Below are positions 10,131 through 19,767 of a DNA stretch of 33,999 nucleotides, piece by piece (the first letter of the stretch is position 1; each line of letters begins with the position of its first letter). Under the pieces are notes generated by a model. The model did no database searches. It had not been told where the DNA came from and saw nothing but the letters and a program-made list of their open reading frames with translations. The stretch is from Pseudomonadota bacterium (GTDB lineage Bacteria > Pseudomonadota > Alphaproteobacteria > Rhodobacterales > Rhodobacteraceae), in the NCBI GenBank assembly GCA_022573605.1, contig JACZTQ010000001.1, forward strand, positions 1-33,999, read 5' to 3'. Position numbers and translations under genes: made by a program.

Positions 10131-11171
10131 CTAGCGGAACGGCGGGGAGTACATCAGTCCGCCTTGGGTCCAGAGGGCGTTCGCCGACCCGGCCCGGCCG
10201 ATGCCGATGCCCAATTCGCCACCTCCCATGTAGGCTTCGTAGACCTCGCCGTAATTGCCGACCGCCTTGATGATGTTGTAGGCCCAGTCCTTGGTAAGGC
10301 CCAAACCCTCATGAAGGTTGCCCTCGACGCCGAGGATGCGCCGCACCGAGGGGTTGGTCGCGTTGGCGCGCATGTCATCGACATTGGCCTGGGTGATGCC
10401 GAGCTCCTCGGCGCCGACCAGCACGTGAACCGTCCACTTGACGATGTCGAACCACTGGTCGTCACCATGCCTCACGGCCGGCGCCAGGGGCTCCTTGGAG
10501 ATGGTCTCGGGCAGCACCAGATGGTCGCCCGGATTGGGGAACGCCGCCTTGGAGGAGGCCAGCCCCGACTTGTCGTTGGTCATCGCGTCGCAACCGCCCT
10601 GAAGATAGGTGTCGTTGCGGACGTTGGTGTCCTCGAAGGTGACCGGGCTGATGTCGAGATTGTGGAGCCGGCTGAAGTCGGCCAGGTTCAGCTCGGTGGT
10701 GGTGCCGGTCAGCACGCAGACCGTGGCGCCCTTGAGGTCGAGCGCGCTGGTGATGCCGCTGTCCTTGGGCACCATGAAGCCCTGGCCGTCATAGAAGTTG
10801 ACGGCGGTGAAGTCGAGGCCGAGCTGGGTGTCGCGCAGCAACGTCCAGGTGGCAGTCCGCGACAGCAGATCGGACTCGCCGTTGGCCAGCGCGGTAAAGC
10901 GGACCTGGCTGCTGACCGACTGAATCTCCAGCTTGTCCTTGCTGCCGAAGATGGCGGCGGCGACGGCCTGGCAGATCGCGACGTCGCTGCCGTACCAATC
11001 GCCATTGGCGTCGAGATTGTAGAAGCCGGGCGTAGGCGGGCCAACCTGGCAGCGCAGAAAGCCGCGTTCCTTGACGATCTCGAGCGTGCTGGCCGCTTGA
11101 GCGGCGGTGGCGCCGGCAAGGGTCATCGCGGCGACCGCGGTTGCCGATGCAAAGAGTGTTGTGAGTTTCAT
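10131..11171 (-). CDS. aapJ: General L-amino acid ABC transporter substrate-binding protein AapJ
   Basis: Start reassigned to ATG 11171. Signal peptide MKLTTLFASATAVAAMTLAGATAAQA; RFTALANGESDLLSR, NFYDGQGFMV, ISKEPLAP, VGNYGE, GGLMYSPPFR. Confidence 0.93.
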   Translation of the reverse strand: MKLTTLFASATAVAAMTLAGATAAQAASTLEIVKERGFLRCQVGPPTPGFYNLDANGDWYGSDVAICQAVAAAIFGSKDKLEIQSVSSQVRFTALANGESDLLSRTATWTLLRDTQLGLDFTAVNFYDGQGFMVPKDSGITSALDLKGATVCVLTGTTTELNLADFSRLHNLDISPVTFEDTNVRNDTYLQGGCDAMTNDKSGLASSKAAFPNPGDHLVLPETISKEPLAPAVRHGDDQWFDIVKWTVHVLVGAEELGITQANVDDMRANATNPSVRRILGVEGNLHEGLGLTKDWAYNIIKAVGNYGEVYEAYMGGGELGIGIGRAGSANALWTQGGLMYSPPFR

Positions 11172-11545
11172 CCCTGTTATCCCTTGTTGACTTCGCGACG
11201 TCACAAACGGGAAGGAGTCCCGTCCATGCGCCATCTCCGAATCACGCTAGCTGTTTGTTTTCCATATGACAACAGCGCGTTGGGAGCGTTTACGCCCGGC
11301 GTGACGGTTGTCGGTCGCTCGACCCGGTTTGTTCGGCGATGCACTCGAACCGCGTGTCAACGGCTTGCGGGTTGGTTTGGCGCGGATTCGCCTGGATGGT
11401 CTCGGCCCGCGCCTTGCCGGTCAGACAGGCGGCTTCGGCGGCATAGGGCAGCGGCCCCCAGCCCTCGCTTGCTTCGCCCTCAACCCATTGCCCATCAAGG
11501 AGATAATATCACCATGAGAAATTTCATGGTCTCGAAAACCCCGCC

Positions 11546-12334
11546 TCAACTGCCCGCATCGACCGCCGTCCAGTAATCGACATTCAGCTTGCTGATCCAG
11601 CGATCGTGCAAGGAGCCGAGGCATTGACGCAAGGTCATCAGGCCGGACCAGGTGACCCGGTGGCATTGCTCGAAGCCGGTCTCGGCCAGGGCATAGCCCG
11701 ATGATTCCGGCGATAACGCAACGCTGCTCCAGACCCGATCGCGCTCGGCCTCGCTGGCCCGGCCGGCCCGGGGCAGCGCATTGACCAGCCGCGCCGTCAG
11801 CAGGGCCGCGCCGGTCCGCTCGCCGCCACGATCGATGATCGCCGCCGCGACCTTGCGCAGCGGCCCCGCCGCCACGGCGATATCGTAATCGGTATGGACC
11901 CAGTAGGCGGCCGGATTGGGCGCGGGGATCAGGGTGGCCCGCTCGCCGACGGTCACCCGGACCGAGACCAGCCCGTTGTCCTGGAGAAATTTCGCCGGCA
12001 CGCTGATGCGGACCGCCGAGCGTCCCCGCGCCGAGGCGAAAGCGAGCAGCCCGCGCGCCTGAAGGCGGACGGTTGCGCCATCTTCCCGCACGCCCTCGAC
12101 GATCAGGGTCTCCGGGTCGTGGATATAATATACCGTGCCCAGGGCCGGCGGCCGGCGGCGCTTCTCGATGCAAAAGGAGGTGAACTCGGCGCCGCATTGC
12201 CTGCGTTCGCATTGCAGGGAAGTCGGCTCCAGGCTGGCGATGAGGCCGAGGATCTGCGGCTCGGCCGAGGCCCGGGTCAGGCCGATCAGCGAACAGGCGA
12301 CGAGGATCAGGGTGAAACGCAACCATGCGGCCAT
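11546..12334 (-). CDS. Hypothetical secreted protein
   Basis: ATG 12334 has SD GAGGAG upstream. Hydrophobic signal-like N-terminus (RFTLILVACSLIGLTRASA); several Cys (CERRQC..FC; C..C near the C-terminus). No family recognised. Confidence 0.7.
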   Translation of the reverse strand: MAAWLRFTLILVACSLIGLTRASAEPQILGLIASLEPTSLQCERRQCGAEFTSFCIEKRRRPPALGTVYYIHDPETLIVEGVREDGATVRLQARGLLAFASARGRSAVRISVPAKFLQDNGLVSVRVTVGERATLIPAPNPAAYWVHTDYDIAVAAGPLRKVAAAIIDRGGERTGAALLTARLVNALPRAGRASEAERDRVWSSVALSPESSGYALAETGFEQCHRVTWSGLMTLRQCLGSLHDRWISKLNVDYWTAVDAGS

Positions 12335-12479
12335 TGATCGATCTCCTCGAATAGGACCGGCGGGAATCATAACACGATCCGGTCCGAATGTGGGAAAACC
12401 TTGGCCCGTCCGGAAACCCGGATTCGATCGGTAGAGTGGACGGCGCCGCCGGCACACCGGGCGCAACAGGGTCGGCGGG

Positions 12480-14093
12480 TCAGACGATCTGGAACGGCGG
12501 CATCATCACCGGGACCTCGACCTCCAGCAGCACCGGCGCCTTGGCCGCGAGCGCCGTGCGCAGGGTCTGGCCGAGGCCGGCCGGGTCGCAGCGCAGGCCG
12601 GTGACGCCATAGGCCTCGGCGAGTTTCATGAAATCGGGATTGTGCAGGTCGGTGCCGATGAAGCGCTCGCCGAACCGGTGCGTCTGGTCCCAGCGCGACG
12701 CGCCGTAGGCGTGATTGTTGAAGACGATGGCGATGACGTCGATGCCGTGCCGCCCCGCCGTCGACAGCTCTTCGGTGCCGTACATGAAACCACCGTCGCC
12801 GCAGAGCGCGACGACCTGCCGGTCCGGAACCGCGACCTTGGCCCCGAGCGCGGTGGGGAAGGCGTAGCCGAGGGTGCCGAAATAGGACGAGGTGAGAAAC
12901 CTGCGCGGCGCGTTCACGGGATAGGCGATGGTGCTCCAGTAGCCCAGGTTGGTGATGCCGCCGACCACCACCGCGTCCTCGTCCAGTTCGGCGCGTAGCA
13001 TGGCCATCATGTCGAGTTGCCGGGGGGCGAACTCGCGGACCTTGGCCCGGAAGGCCTGGCGCCGGGCGGCGACCTCCCCGGCGCGCGACTCCCGCGCCGG
13101 GCCGGCGCCGCGCAGCGCCCGGATCAGGCCGGCCAGGGCTCCCTTCGCATCCGCTTCGATGCCGACTTCGGCGGGGAAGTTCTTGCCGATCTCGCTCGGA
13201 TCGATATCGATCTGGACCAGGCGCGGCAGCCGCTCCGCCGCGAAGTTCCGGATCATCAGCCGGGTGCCGACGGCGAGCACCGCGTCGCTATGGGCCATGA
13301 GTTCCTCGATCGGGCTCATGATATAGTTGACCCCGAGGAACAGCGGGTGCTGGTCGGGGATCGTGCCCTTGCTCTGCTGGGTGGTGATCACCGGCGCCTG
13401 GAGCAACTCGGCGAGCTCGACCAGCTCGGCCGCGGCCCCGGCGCTGACAATGCCGCCGCCGGCAATGATCGCCGGCCTCTCGGCCTTGGCCAGCAGCCGG
13501 GCGGCCCGTTCGATCTCGCCGGGCGCGCCGGCGGGCCTGGCATGGTCCTCGGCGGCGATGATCCGGGCGCCGCCCTCGGCCGCCAGCGTATCGAGGGGAA
13601 TCTCGAGCTCGACCGGCCTGGGGCGCCCGGTCTTGAGGTGGCGGAAGGCCTCGTGCACGGCTTCGGGAATCTCCTCCATGCGGGTGACCCGGTGGTTCCA
13701 CTTGGTGATCGAGTTGAAGACCTCGAGCTGCTCCTCGACCTCGTGCAACTCGCCGCGGCGCTTGCCCAGCGAGGTGCTGGGGATTTGCCCGGTGACCAGC
13801 AGCACCGGAGACGAGGAGGCGTAGGCCGTGCCCAGGCCGGCGGCGGCGTTGAAGGCGCCGGGGCCGGGGGTCACCAGGGCGACGCCGGGCTGGCCGGTCA
13901 CCTTGGCGTAGCCGTCGGCCATGTAGGTCGTGGCCTGCTCGTGGCGGGTGTGGATCAGGCGCACCGCGTTGCGTTGCTCATGGAGAGCATCGAACGCCGG
14001 CATGATCTGCACGCCGGGCAGAGCGAAGATCGTGTCCACGCCCTCCGACACCAACTGCCCGACGAGCGCCTGGGCTCCGGTCATCCGCGCCAT
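12480..14093 (-). CDS. Thiamine pyrophosphate-binding protein (acetolactate synthase/decarboxylase family)
   Basis: MTGAQALV, FALPG, catalytic Glu in TRHEQ, RPRPVELEIP, ThDP motif GDGGFMY...VFNNHAYG. Start at ATG 14093. No ilvH/ilvN partner nearby, so the substrate is unknown. Confidence 0.9.
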   Translation of the reverse strand: MARMTGAQALVGQLVSEGVDTIFALPGVQIMPAFDALHEQRNAVRLIHTRHEQATTYMADGYAKVTGQPGVALVTPGPGAFNAAAGLGTAYASSSPVLLVTGQIPSTSLGKRRGELHEVEEQLEVFNSITKWNHRVTRMEEIPEAVHEAFRHLKTGRPRPVELEIPLDTLAAEGGARIIAAEDHARPAGAPGEIERAARLLAKAERPAIIAGGGIVSAGAAAELVELAELLQAPVITTQQSKGTIPDQHPLFLGVNYIMSPIEELMAHSDAVLAVGTRLMIRNFAAERLPRLVQIDIDPSEIGKNFPAEVGIEADAKGALAGLIRALRGAGPARESRAGEVAARRQAFRAKVREFAPRQLDMMAMLRAELDEDAVVVGGITNLGYWSTIAYPVNAPRRFLTSSYFGTLGYAFPTALGAKVAVPDRQVVALCGDGGFMYGTEELSTAGRHGIDVIAIVFNNHAYGASRWDQTHRFGERFIGTDLHNPDFMKLAEAYGVTGLRCDPAGLGQTLRTALAAKAPVLLEVEVPVMMPPFQIV

Positions 14094-14272
14094 GAATTCC
14101 TGCTCCCGCTGGTATGCCAAGCCTGTCACAATGTAACCGCCCACGAAGTCGTGGCAACTCCGGACTACGGAGACGACACCGGAATTCGCTCCAGCGTCCT
14201 GAATCCAAAGTTTCCCGGATCAAAAAACCATAGAGATTCCCGCACCCGCGCGAACGACGCCGGTGCGGCGCG

Positions 14273-14309
14273 CCTCCTCCCCCCTCGTGGGGGAGGATGG
14301 GAGGGGGGG
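14273..14309. repeat. C/G-tract palindromic REP-like element, copy 1
   Basis: CCTCCCCC-CTCGT-GGGGGAGG-ATGGGAGGGGGGG; same layout as the element at 20082-20117. Confidence 0.6.
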
Positions 14310-14585
14310 CGGCGCGCAGCGACGCTCCCGGTCGCTCATTGGGGGAGCTCATGGACGGTTCAGTTCCGCCCGCGCCCTGCCCCTGGAGGGCAACCGCCGG
14401 CCCCGGAAACCATCGTTGCGATGGACCGGAGGCCTGTGGTGCGCTAACTTACAAGCTTGACCAATCGCCGGCGGCGGACCAAATACACCCTCGCCGGCAT
14501 CGACTTTGGATGCGGACAAGCCATCTTGCAAGCCATCTTGCTGAAAAGAGCGGAGATCGAACCGGAGACCAACGAGCGACGGCGC

Positions 14586-14615
14586 TTGCAACACTGCGGA
14601 GACGTTGCGTAAAAT
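14586..14615 (+). promoter_or_regulatory. Candidate sigma70 promoter of the formate dehydrogenase operon
   Basis: TTGCAA (14586-14591), 18 nt spacer, TAAAAT (14610-14615), ~85 nt upstream of ATG 14700. Overlapped by a GCAAC...GTTGC inverted repeat. Consensus match only. Confidence 0.35.
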
Positions 14616-14699
14616 CACCGAAGGTTGCGCCAGAGCCGCCGGCGGAAAACAACCTCGACACGGCCACCGATTAGGACGACGCACAAAGAGAGGACGGCA

Positions 14700-16640
14700 A
14701 TGCAGGACCACCACGTGGATGAGATGCGCCCGCGCGAAGTCGGGACCGGCTATGACGCCGCCGGCGATCCCGAGCTGAGCCTCGAGCCCTGCCGGCTGGA
14801 AATCGACGGCAAACCGGTCGAGGCGATGGCGGGCGAGACCATCCTGGGCGCTGCGCTGCGCGCCGGCATCGAGATTCCGGCGATGTGCTTCGATCCGCGG
14901 ATGAAACCCACCGGCGACTGCGAATTGTGCAATGTCGTGCTCGAGGGCCGGGCCGACCCGGTGAAGGCCTGCATGATCGTGGCCGAAGCGGGCATGACGA
15001 TCCAGACCATGAATGCGCGGTTGAAGACCCAGCGCAAGGACCGGCTCAACACCTATCTGGCCGATCACAACGCCTATTGCCAGCCGCCCTGCACCGCGGC
15101 CTGCCCGGCCGGGATCGACATCGCCGGCTATATCGACCTCATCCTGCAGAAGGACTATGCCGGCTCGACGAAGCTGATCAAGGAGATGCTGCCGCTGCCG
15201 GGCGTGCTCGGGCGGGTCTGCCCGCGGCCCTGCGAAGACCCCTGCCGGCGGATCCAGATCGATGGCAAGCCGGTGGCGATCTGCGCCCTGAAGCGCTTCG
15301 CCGCCGACAAGGCCGCCGAAGCCGGATTGCCGACCCAGCCCGAGCCCAAGCCCGCCACCGGCAAGCGCGTCGCCGTGATCGGCGCCGGCCCGACCGGCCT
15401 GTCCGCAGCCTACTACCTGGCGCTCGACGGGCACAAGGTGACGCTGCTGGAGGCGGAAAGGAAGGCCGGCGGCGTGCTGCGCTTCGGCATTCCGCCCTAC
15501 CGCCTGCCCAACAACGTGCTCGACCAGGAGATCGACGACATCCTGGCGCTCGGCGTCGAGTTGAAGACCAACCAGACCATGGGCCGCGACTACCAGCTCG
15601 ACACCCTCAGGGATCAGGGCTTCGACGCGGTCTACCTCTCGATCGGCGCCATGGCCGCCAAACCGACCAACCTTCCCGGCGACGACGCCGAGGGCGTGAT
15701 GTCGGCGATCAAGTTCCTCGCCGACGTCAACTGGAACGAAAAGGTCGAAATCGGCGACCGCATCATCGTCATCGGCGGCGGCTTCACGGCGGCGGACGCG
15801 GTGCGCACGGCGCGCCGGGTCGGCGCTTCCGACGTGACCATGCAGTACCGGCGCACCCGCAAGGAGATGTCGGCTGCGGCGCACGAAATCCACGAATGCG
15901 ATATCGAGGGGATCACGCTCGACCTGCTGACCGCGCCGGTTTCCATCAACGTCGAGAACGGGCGCGTGGTCGGCCTGACCTCGCTGCGCATGGAGCTTGG
16001 CGAGCCCGATGAAAGCGGGCGGCGGCGTCCGGTCCCGCTGCCGGGGACCGAGTATTTCACCCCCGCGGACACCATCATGATGGCCATCGGACAGGACGTC
16101 GACATCGCCGCGCTCAACCAGGGCGACCTCGGCGTCCACAACCGATGGGGCACCATCGAGGTCGACGAATTGACCATGATGACCAACCTGCCGGGCGTTT
16201 TCTCCGGCGGCGACTGCGTCACCGGCGCCGCCACCGTGGTCGAGGGCGTGGGCGCCGGGCGGCTCGGCGCCTTCGCCATCAATGCCTACCTGAACGGCGC
16301 CGACGAGGCTGGAATCGCCGCCGCGATCTTCCAGCACAAGCCGAAGTTCTTCGACATCGGCGCGAAAGCCGCCTCGTTGGCGCCGTTGATCGAAATGCCG
16401 GTGCTGGATGGCGAGGGCCGCCTCGAGGCGTTCGCCAATGCGCGGGGCGGCGGCGACGTCGATAACGACGAGGCCTTCCGGGAGGTCGAAGTCGGCTTCA
16501 CGGAGGAAGAGGCGCTGGAAGAGGCCGGCAGGTGCCTGATGTGCCGCTGCCAGGCGGCCGGCTCGTGCACGTTGCAGAAACTGTCGATCGAATATGGTGC
16601 CGGAACCACGACCTACCTGGGCAAGGATGCATGGAAATGA
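14700..16640 (+). CDS. Fe-S/FAD NAD(P)-dependent oxidoreductase (2Fe-2S plus GltD/SfrB-like), probable formate dehydrogenase electron-transfer subunit
   Basis: ATG 14700 with SD GAGAGG. 2Fe-2S motif C-x10-C-x2-C-x13-C; GltD-type PPCTAACP, RVCPRPCEDPC; Rossmann GAGPTG and GGGFTA; YRRTRKEM; GGDCVTG; C-terminal CLMCRCQAAGSCTLQ. Confidence 0.9.
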   Translation: MQDHHVDEMRPREVGTGYDAAGDPELSLEPCRLEIDGKPVEAMAGETILGAALRAGIEIPAMCFDPRMKPTGDCELCNVVLEGRADPVKACMIVAEAGMTIQTMNARLKTQRKDRLNTYLADHNAYCQPPCTAACPAGIDIAGYIDLILQKDYAGSTKLIKEMLPLPGVLGRVCPRPCEDPCRRIQIDGKPVAICALKRFAADKAAEAGLPTQPEPKPATGKRVAVIGAGPTGLSAAYYLALDGHKVTLLEAERKAGGVLRFGIPPYRLPNNVLDQEIDDILALGVELKTNQTMGRDYQLDTLRDQGFDAVYLSIGAMAAKPTNLPGDDAEGVMSAIKFLADVNWNEKVEIGDRIIVIGGGFTAADAVRTARRVGASDVTMQYRRTRKEMSAAAHEIHECDIEGITLDLLTAPVSINVENGRVVGLTSLRMELGEPDESGRRRPVPLPGTEYFTPADTIMMAIGQDVDIAALNQGDLGVHNRWGTIEVDELTMMTNLPGVFSGGDCVTGAATVVEGVGAGRLGAFAINAYLNGADEAGIAAAIFQHKPKFFDIGAKAASLAPLIEMPVLDGEGRLEAFANARGGGDVDNDEAFREVEVGFTEEEALEEAGRCLMCRCQAAGSCTLQKLSIEYGAGTTTYLGKDAWK

Positions 16641-19000
16641 ACATAAACCTCAAGCTCCAAGAGTCTAGAACGCTCGATCCGGGCATCGCCGCGCCGCTGG
16701 TGTCCTTTCCGTTTTTCCAGCTCGAATACGAAAAGTGCATCAAGTGCCTGCAATGCGTGCGCATCTGCGACGAGGTCCAGCATCGCAAGGTCTATACCAC
16801 CGACGACTCGGGCTACCCGGTGCTGGTCAGCGGCACCAACGATTTCCGCGACACCGATTGCAACAACTGCGGCCAGTGTGTCGGGGTCTGCCCGACCGGC
16901 GCCCTGGTCGATCTGACCGACACCGGCGTCCTGCCCAAGCACCTGCGCCAGAAGACCACCACGACCTGCGGTTATTGCGGGGTCGGCTGCGCCATCGAGC
17001 TGGAAACCGAGGCGGGCAAGGTGGTCGCCGTCAACCCCTCGCTGGTCTCGGACGCCAACATCGGCAATCTGTGCGTCAAGGGCCGCTTCGGCATGGACTT
17101 CATCCATCATCCCGACCGTCTGACGACGCCGCTGATGCGCCGCGGCGGCAAGGACAGCCCGCTGGAGCCGGCAAGCTGGGACGAGGCCATCGCCTTTGTC
17201 GCCCGGCGCTTCAACGAGGTCAAGGCCGAGCACGGCGCCTCGGCGCTGGCCGGCCTGACCTCGGCGCGGGCCACCAACGAGGACAATTTCGTCTTCCAGA
17301 AGTTGATCCGCTGCGCCTTCGGCACCAACAACATCGACCACTGCGCCCGGCTCTGCCACATGGCCTCCGCCGTGGCCCTGAAAATGGCGGTCGGCTCCAG
17401 CGCCCCGTCGGCGTCAAGTCCCGACGTGCGCATGGCGACGGCGTTCATCGTCTGCGGCTCGAACACCACCGTGACCCACCCGGTGATCTCGAGCCAGGTG
17501 TTCAGGGCCAAATACGAGAGCGGGGCGAAGCTTGTCGTGATCGACCCGCGCCGGATCGAGATGGTCGATCACGCCGATGTCTGGCTGCGGCCGAGGAACG
17601 GCACCAATGTCTCGGTGCTGAACGGCATTGCCCGGATCATCTGGAAGGAGGGGCTGGCCAACGACGCCTTCATCGAGGCGCGCACCGAAGGCTGGCAGAG
17701 CTACATCGAGAACCTCGAGAGATATACCCCCGAGTATGTCGAGGAGGTCTCCGGCGTGCCGGCGGGCCGGCTGCGCCAAGCCGCCCTGATGTACGGCAAG
17801 GCGGCGCGCGGCATGCTGTTGTGGGGCATGGGCATCACCCAGCACCTGACCGGCGTCGACGGCGCCTTGGCGATGGCCAATCTGTCGCTGCTCTCGGGCC
17901 ATGTCGGGCGTCCCGGCACCGGATTTATCCCGCTGCGCGGCCAGTCCAACGTGCAGGGCTGTTCCGACATGCAGGGCCAGCACAACAACCTGCCCGGCTA
18001 CCACGACATCAAGGACCCGGCGGATCGCGCCAAGTTCGAGAAAGCCTGGGGCGTGCCGATGCCGACGGACGAATACCTGACGGTGATCGAGATGGAGGAT
18101 GGCGCCGGCGAGGGCACCATCAAGGCGATGTTCATCATGGGCGAGAACCCGATGGGCTCGAGCCCCGACTTAAAGGAGGTCGAGCACGGCCTGAAGAAGC
18201 TCGAATTCCTCGTCGTGCAGGACCTGTTCCTGTCCGAGACGGCGGAGCTGGCCGACGTCGTCTTCCCGGCCGCCAGTTTTGCCGAGAAGGACGGCACCTT
18301 CACCAACACCGAGCGGCGCGTGCAAATGGTGCGCAAGGCGGTGGAGCCGCCCGGCGAGGCGCGGGCCGACTGGGAAATCATCTGCGACGTATCGACCGCC
18401 ATGGGCTACGAGATGAGCTATCCGGACGCCGCGTCGATCATGGAGGAGATCGCCTCCCTGGTGCCCTCCTACGCCGGCATCCGCCACGAGCGGCTCGGCG
18501 GCAGCGGCCTGCAATGGCCCTGCTTCGACACCAATCACCCCGGCACCCGTTTCCTTTATGCGGAGGACTTCCCGACCGCCTCGGGCCGGGGTCTGTTCCA
18601 TGCCGTCAACCAGGACGACGCGGGCGAGGACGCGGCCGACGATCTCTATCCGCTGAACCTCAACTCGGGCCGGTTGCTCGAGCACTATCACACCGGCACC
18701 ATGTCGCGGCGTTCGCGCGGGCTGCATCACATGCGGCCCGAGGGCGAGGTCGAGGTGCACCCCGAGGACGCGCGGCGCTACGGTCTGGAGAACGGCTGCA
18801 TGGGCCGCATCGTCACCAAGCGCGGCGCGATCGAGGTCAAGGTGTTTGTGACCGAAAAGACCCCGGAGGGGGCGATCTTCTACCCCTTCCACTTTGCCGA
18901 GGCGCCGGCCAACCGGCTGATCGCCGGCACCTTCGACAAGGCCTCGCAGACCCCGGCCTACAAGCGCACCGCCGCCAGGGTCGAGCGCATCGAGGCGTAG
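16637..19000 (+). CDS. fdhF: Formate dehydrogenase alpha subunit (Mo/W-bis-PGD, Cys-ligated)
   Basis: ATGA overlap start (16631 also possible). Two ferredoxin motifs (CIKCLQCVRIC, CNNCGQCVGVCP), CGYCGVGC...LCVKGRFG, active-site DHCARLCH, LRGQSNVQG, AEKDGTFTNTERRVQ, GRLLEHYHTGTM. Confidence 0.92.
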   Translation: MNINLKLQESRTLDPGIAAPLVSFPFFQLEYEKCIKCLQCVRICDEVQHRKVYTTDDSGYPVLVSGTNDFRDTDCNNCGQCVGVCPTGALVDLTDTGVLPKHLRQKTTTTCGYCGVGCAIELETEAGKVVAVNPSLVSDANIGNLCVKGRFGMDFIHHPDRLTTPLMRRGGKDSPLEPASWDEAIAFVARRFNEVKAEHGASALAGLTSARATNEDNFVFQKLIRCAFGTNNIDHCARLCHMASAVALKMAVGSSAPSASSPDVRMATAFIVCGSNTTVTHPVISSQVFRAKYESGAKLVVIDPRRIEMVDHADVWLRPRNGTNVSVLNGIARIIWKEGLANDAFIEARTEGWQSYIENLERYTPEYVEEVSGVPAGRLRQAALMYGKAARGMLLWGMGITQHLTGVDGALAMANLSLLSGHVGRPGTGFIPLRGQSNVQGCSDMQGQHNNLPGYHDIKDPADRAKFEKAWGVPMPTDEYLTVIEMEDGAGEGTIKAMFIMGENPMGSSPDLKEVEHGLKKLEFLVVQDLFLSETAELADVVFPAASFAEKDGTFTNTERRVQMVRKAVEPPGEARADWEIICDVSTAMGYEMSYPDAASIMEEIASLVPSYAGIRHERLGGSGLQWPCFDTNHPGTRFLYAEDFPTASGRGLFHAVNQDDAGEDAADDLYPLNLNSGRLLEHYHTGTMSRRSRGLHHMRPEGEVEVHPEDARRYGLENGCMGRIVTKRGAIEVKVFVTEKTPEGAIFYPFHFAEAPANRLIAGTFDKASQTPAYKRTAARVERIEA

Positions 19001-19085
19001 GAAGATGCGCTCGCGTGGCGTTTCCGGGTTGCGGGGCGTAGCCACTGGGGTGACGAAGGTAGAGGGGGCGATGGCGGCGAAGTAA

Positions 19086-19739
19086 ATGCTTCCACACACT
19101 GTCGAGATTGGGAGTGCCGACGCAGTCGCAGATGCACTCTCTTTTGTACCTTGTAGAATCCCTAGGCCACGGACGAGTGACCTCGGACAACCATTGACCG
19201 AATGGTGGATGTTGCGGCGACTGCTACAACGCTATCCGGATGACCTCCCGTTCGATTTTCCGCTCGTTATTGAAAAGGGAGAGCGACCGGATTTTCTTAT
19301 TAAACACAATGACATGATCTATAATTTGGAGGCAACTGAAGCGACCAGCCATCTTGATCAACACGCTTGGGCAACGACTGACCGCACGAAGCCTCACTTG
19401 GTCAGCGAGTTTGGCGGTCGAGCCGAAGGCGGCATGGGAGGCAACCAACCGGAGCGTCTTGTTATCGCCGACGTCCTTCGAGCGATACGCCGCAAGCGGA
19501 AATTGTCACGAGACCTTTCACCTCAATGTCTGAATCTTTTAATTTATGTAAATTCGGAACCTGGATTTCTGCTTGATATTGAATATTTCGCCGCTACCGT
19601 AGAAGGTTATTGGCCATTGCTTGATGTATCGTGCAAAAATTATGGCGACATATTTACTATTCTCGGCAAGTCTTGTTGGCTTGATATTCGAGGCAACAAA
19701 GCGCGGATCATACGCGCCATCGTTTCATCGCCCAAGTGA
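19086..19739 (+). CDS. Hypothetical protein, PD-(D/E)XK nuclease-like, AT-rich
   Basis: ERPDFLI-x8-LEAT resembles a PD...E-x-K/T catalytic core. Composition differs from the flanks (e.g. 20 of 60 G+C at 19501-19560). Confidence 0.6.
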   Translation: MLPHTVEIGSADAVADALSFVPCRIPRPRTSDLGQPLTEWWMLRRLLQRYPDDLPFDFPLVIEKGERPDFLIKHNDMIYNLEATEATSHLDQHAWATTDRTKPHLVSEFGGRAEGGMGGNQPERLVIADVLRAIRRKRKLSRDLSPQCLNLLIYVNSEPGFLLDIEYFAATVEGYWPLLDVSCKNYGDIFTILGKSCWLDIRGNKARIIRAIVSSPK

Positions 19740-19767
19740 AGTGGTCGGGTCAACGCTGACTCTGGCC

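Noticed and set aside
11511-11530. ACCATGA-N6-TCATGGT palindrome between the hypothetical gene and aapJ
   Set aside because: A single 7-bp-arm palindrome with no second copy or assignable regulator; could be chance.
8844-11576. 910-aa plus-strand ORF and similar long ORFs (1049-2554, 14349-16337, 16735-19041, 20128-22191, 29469-31310)
   Set aside because: Shadow or alternative-frame ORFs over well-supported genes. Expected in high-GC DNA, with no recognisable motifs.
17330-17365. Possible selenocysteine in the FDH active site
   Set aside because: The codon is TGC (CARLCH) and there is no in-frame TGA.
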